DNA of 64,000 bases from an uncultured Planctomycetaceae bacterium (GTDB taxonomy: Bacteria; Planctomycetota; Planctomycetia; Isosphaerales; Isosphaeraceae). A model generated the notes under the pieces. It was not told the origin of the DNA. It saw only the letters and a list, made by a program, of their open reading frames with translations, and ran no database searches. The position numbers and the translations under genes are program-made. Below, piece by piece: positions 63,879 to 64,000 of the stretch. The stretch lies in the NCBI GenBank assembly GCA_963833985.1, contig CAWIAD010000002.1, positions 1,696,001 to 1,760,000 on the forward strand, written 5' to 3'. Each line of letters opens with the position of its first letter. The first letter of the stretch is position 1.

Positions 63879-64000
63879 GCCGTTGCGTTGCCCGAGCCGA
63901 TTCTCGAGGCCGCGGCCTCATTGTCGTGCCATGACGACGTGCGGCCGCGGCTCGACGTTTCCGGCCGCGTCCACGGCGAATGCGGTGATCTCGGAGGCAG

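Overview
GC-rich bacterial chromosomal DNA, most consistent with a Planctomycetota (Isosphaeraceae-like) genome. The support is DUF4058 genes, a planctomycete-type LEPLEER export motif and many Tat-signal proteins. Positions 1-52 kb are mostly core or metabolic: carbohydrate enzymes, an IorAB-type molybdoenzyme, a 3-hydroxybutyrate/CoA-transferase cluster, a tetraheme cytochrome c with a non-canonical aldo/keto reductase, birA, nadC, uvrB, a tandem DUF4058 duplication, putA, glycogen/trehalose genes, an RND locus with two TolC-like genes, an unusually long RNase P RNA, an RbsD-family gene and tRNA-Cys. About 52.1-57.9 kb is an accessory island downstream of tRNA-Cys. It carries a VapBC-like module, IS66, ISL3 and probable Y1/RAYT transposase remnants, a toxin-tip fragment with an intact CdiI-like immunity gene, and an ADP-ribosylglycohydrolase. 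Several of its modules are joined at short tandem duplications containing a GACCCC/GTCCCC-like core; this is my best candidate for an undescribed gene-capture system. Two large secreted proteins end the window. Many conserved genes carry small indels, probably long-read assembly errors. All family assignments come from recognising motifs by eye; no searches were run.
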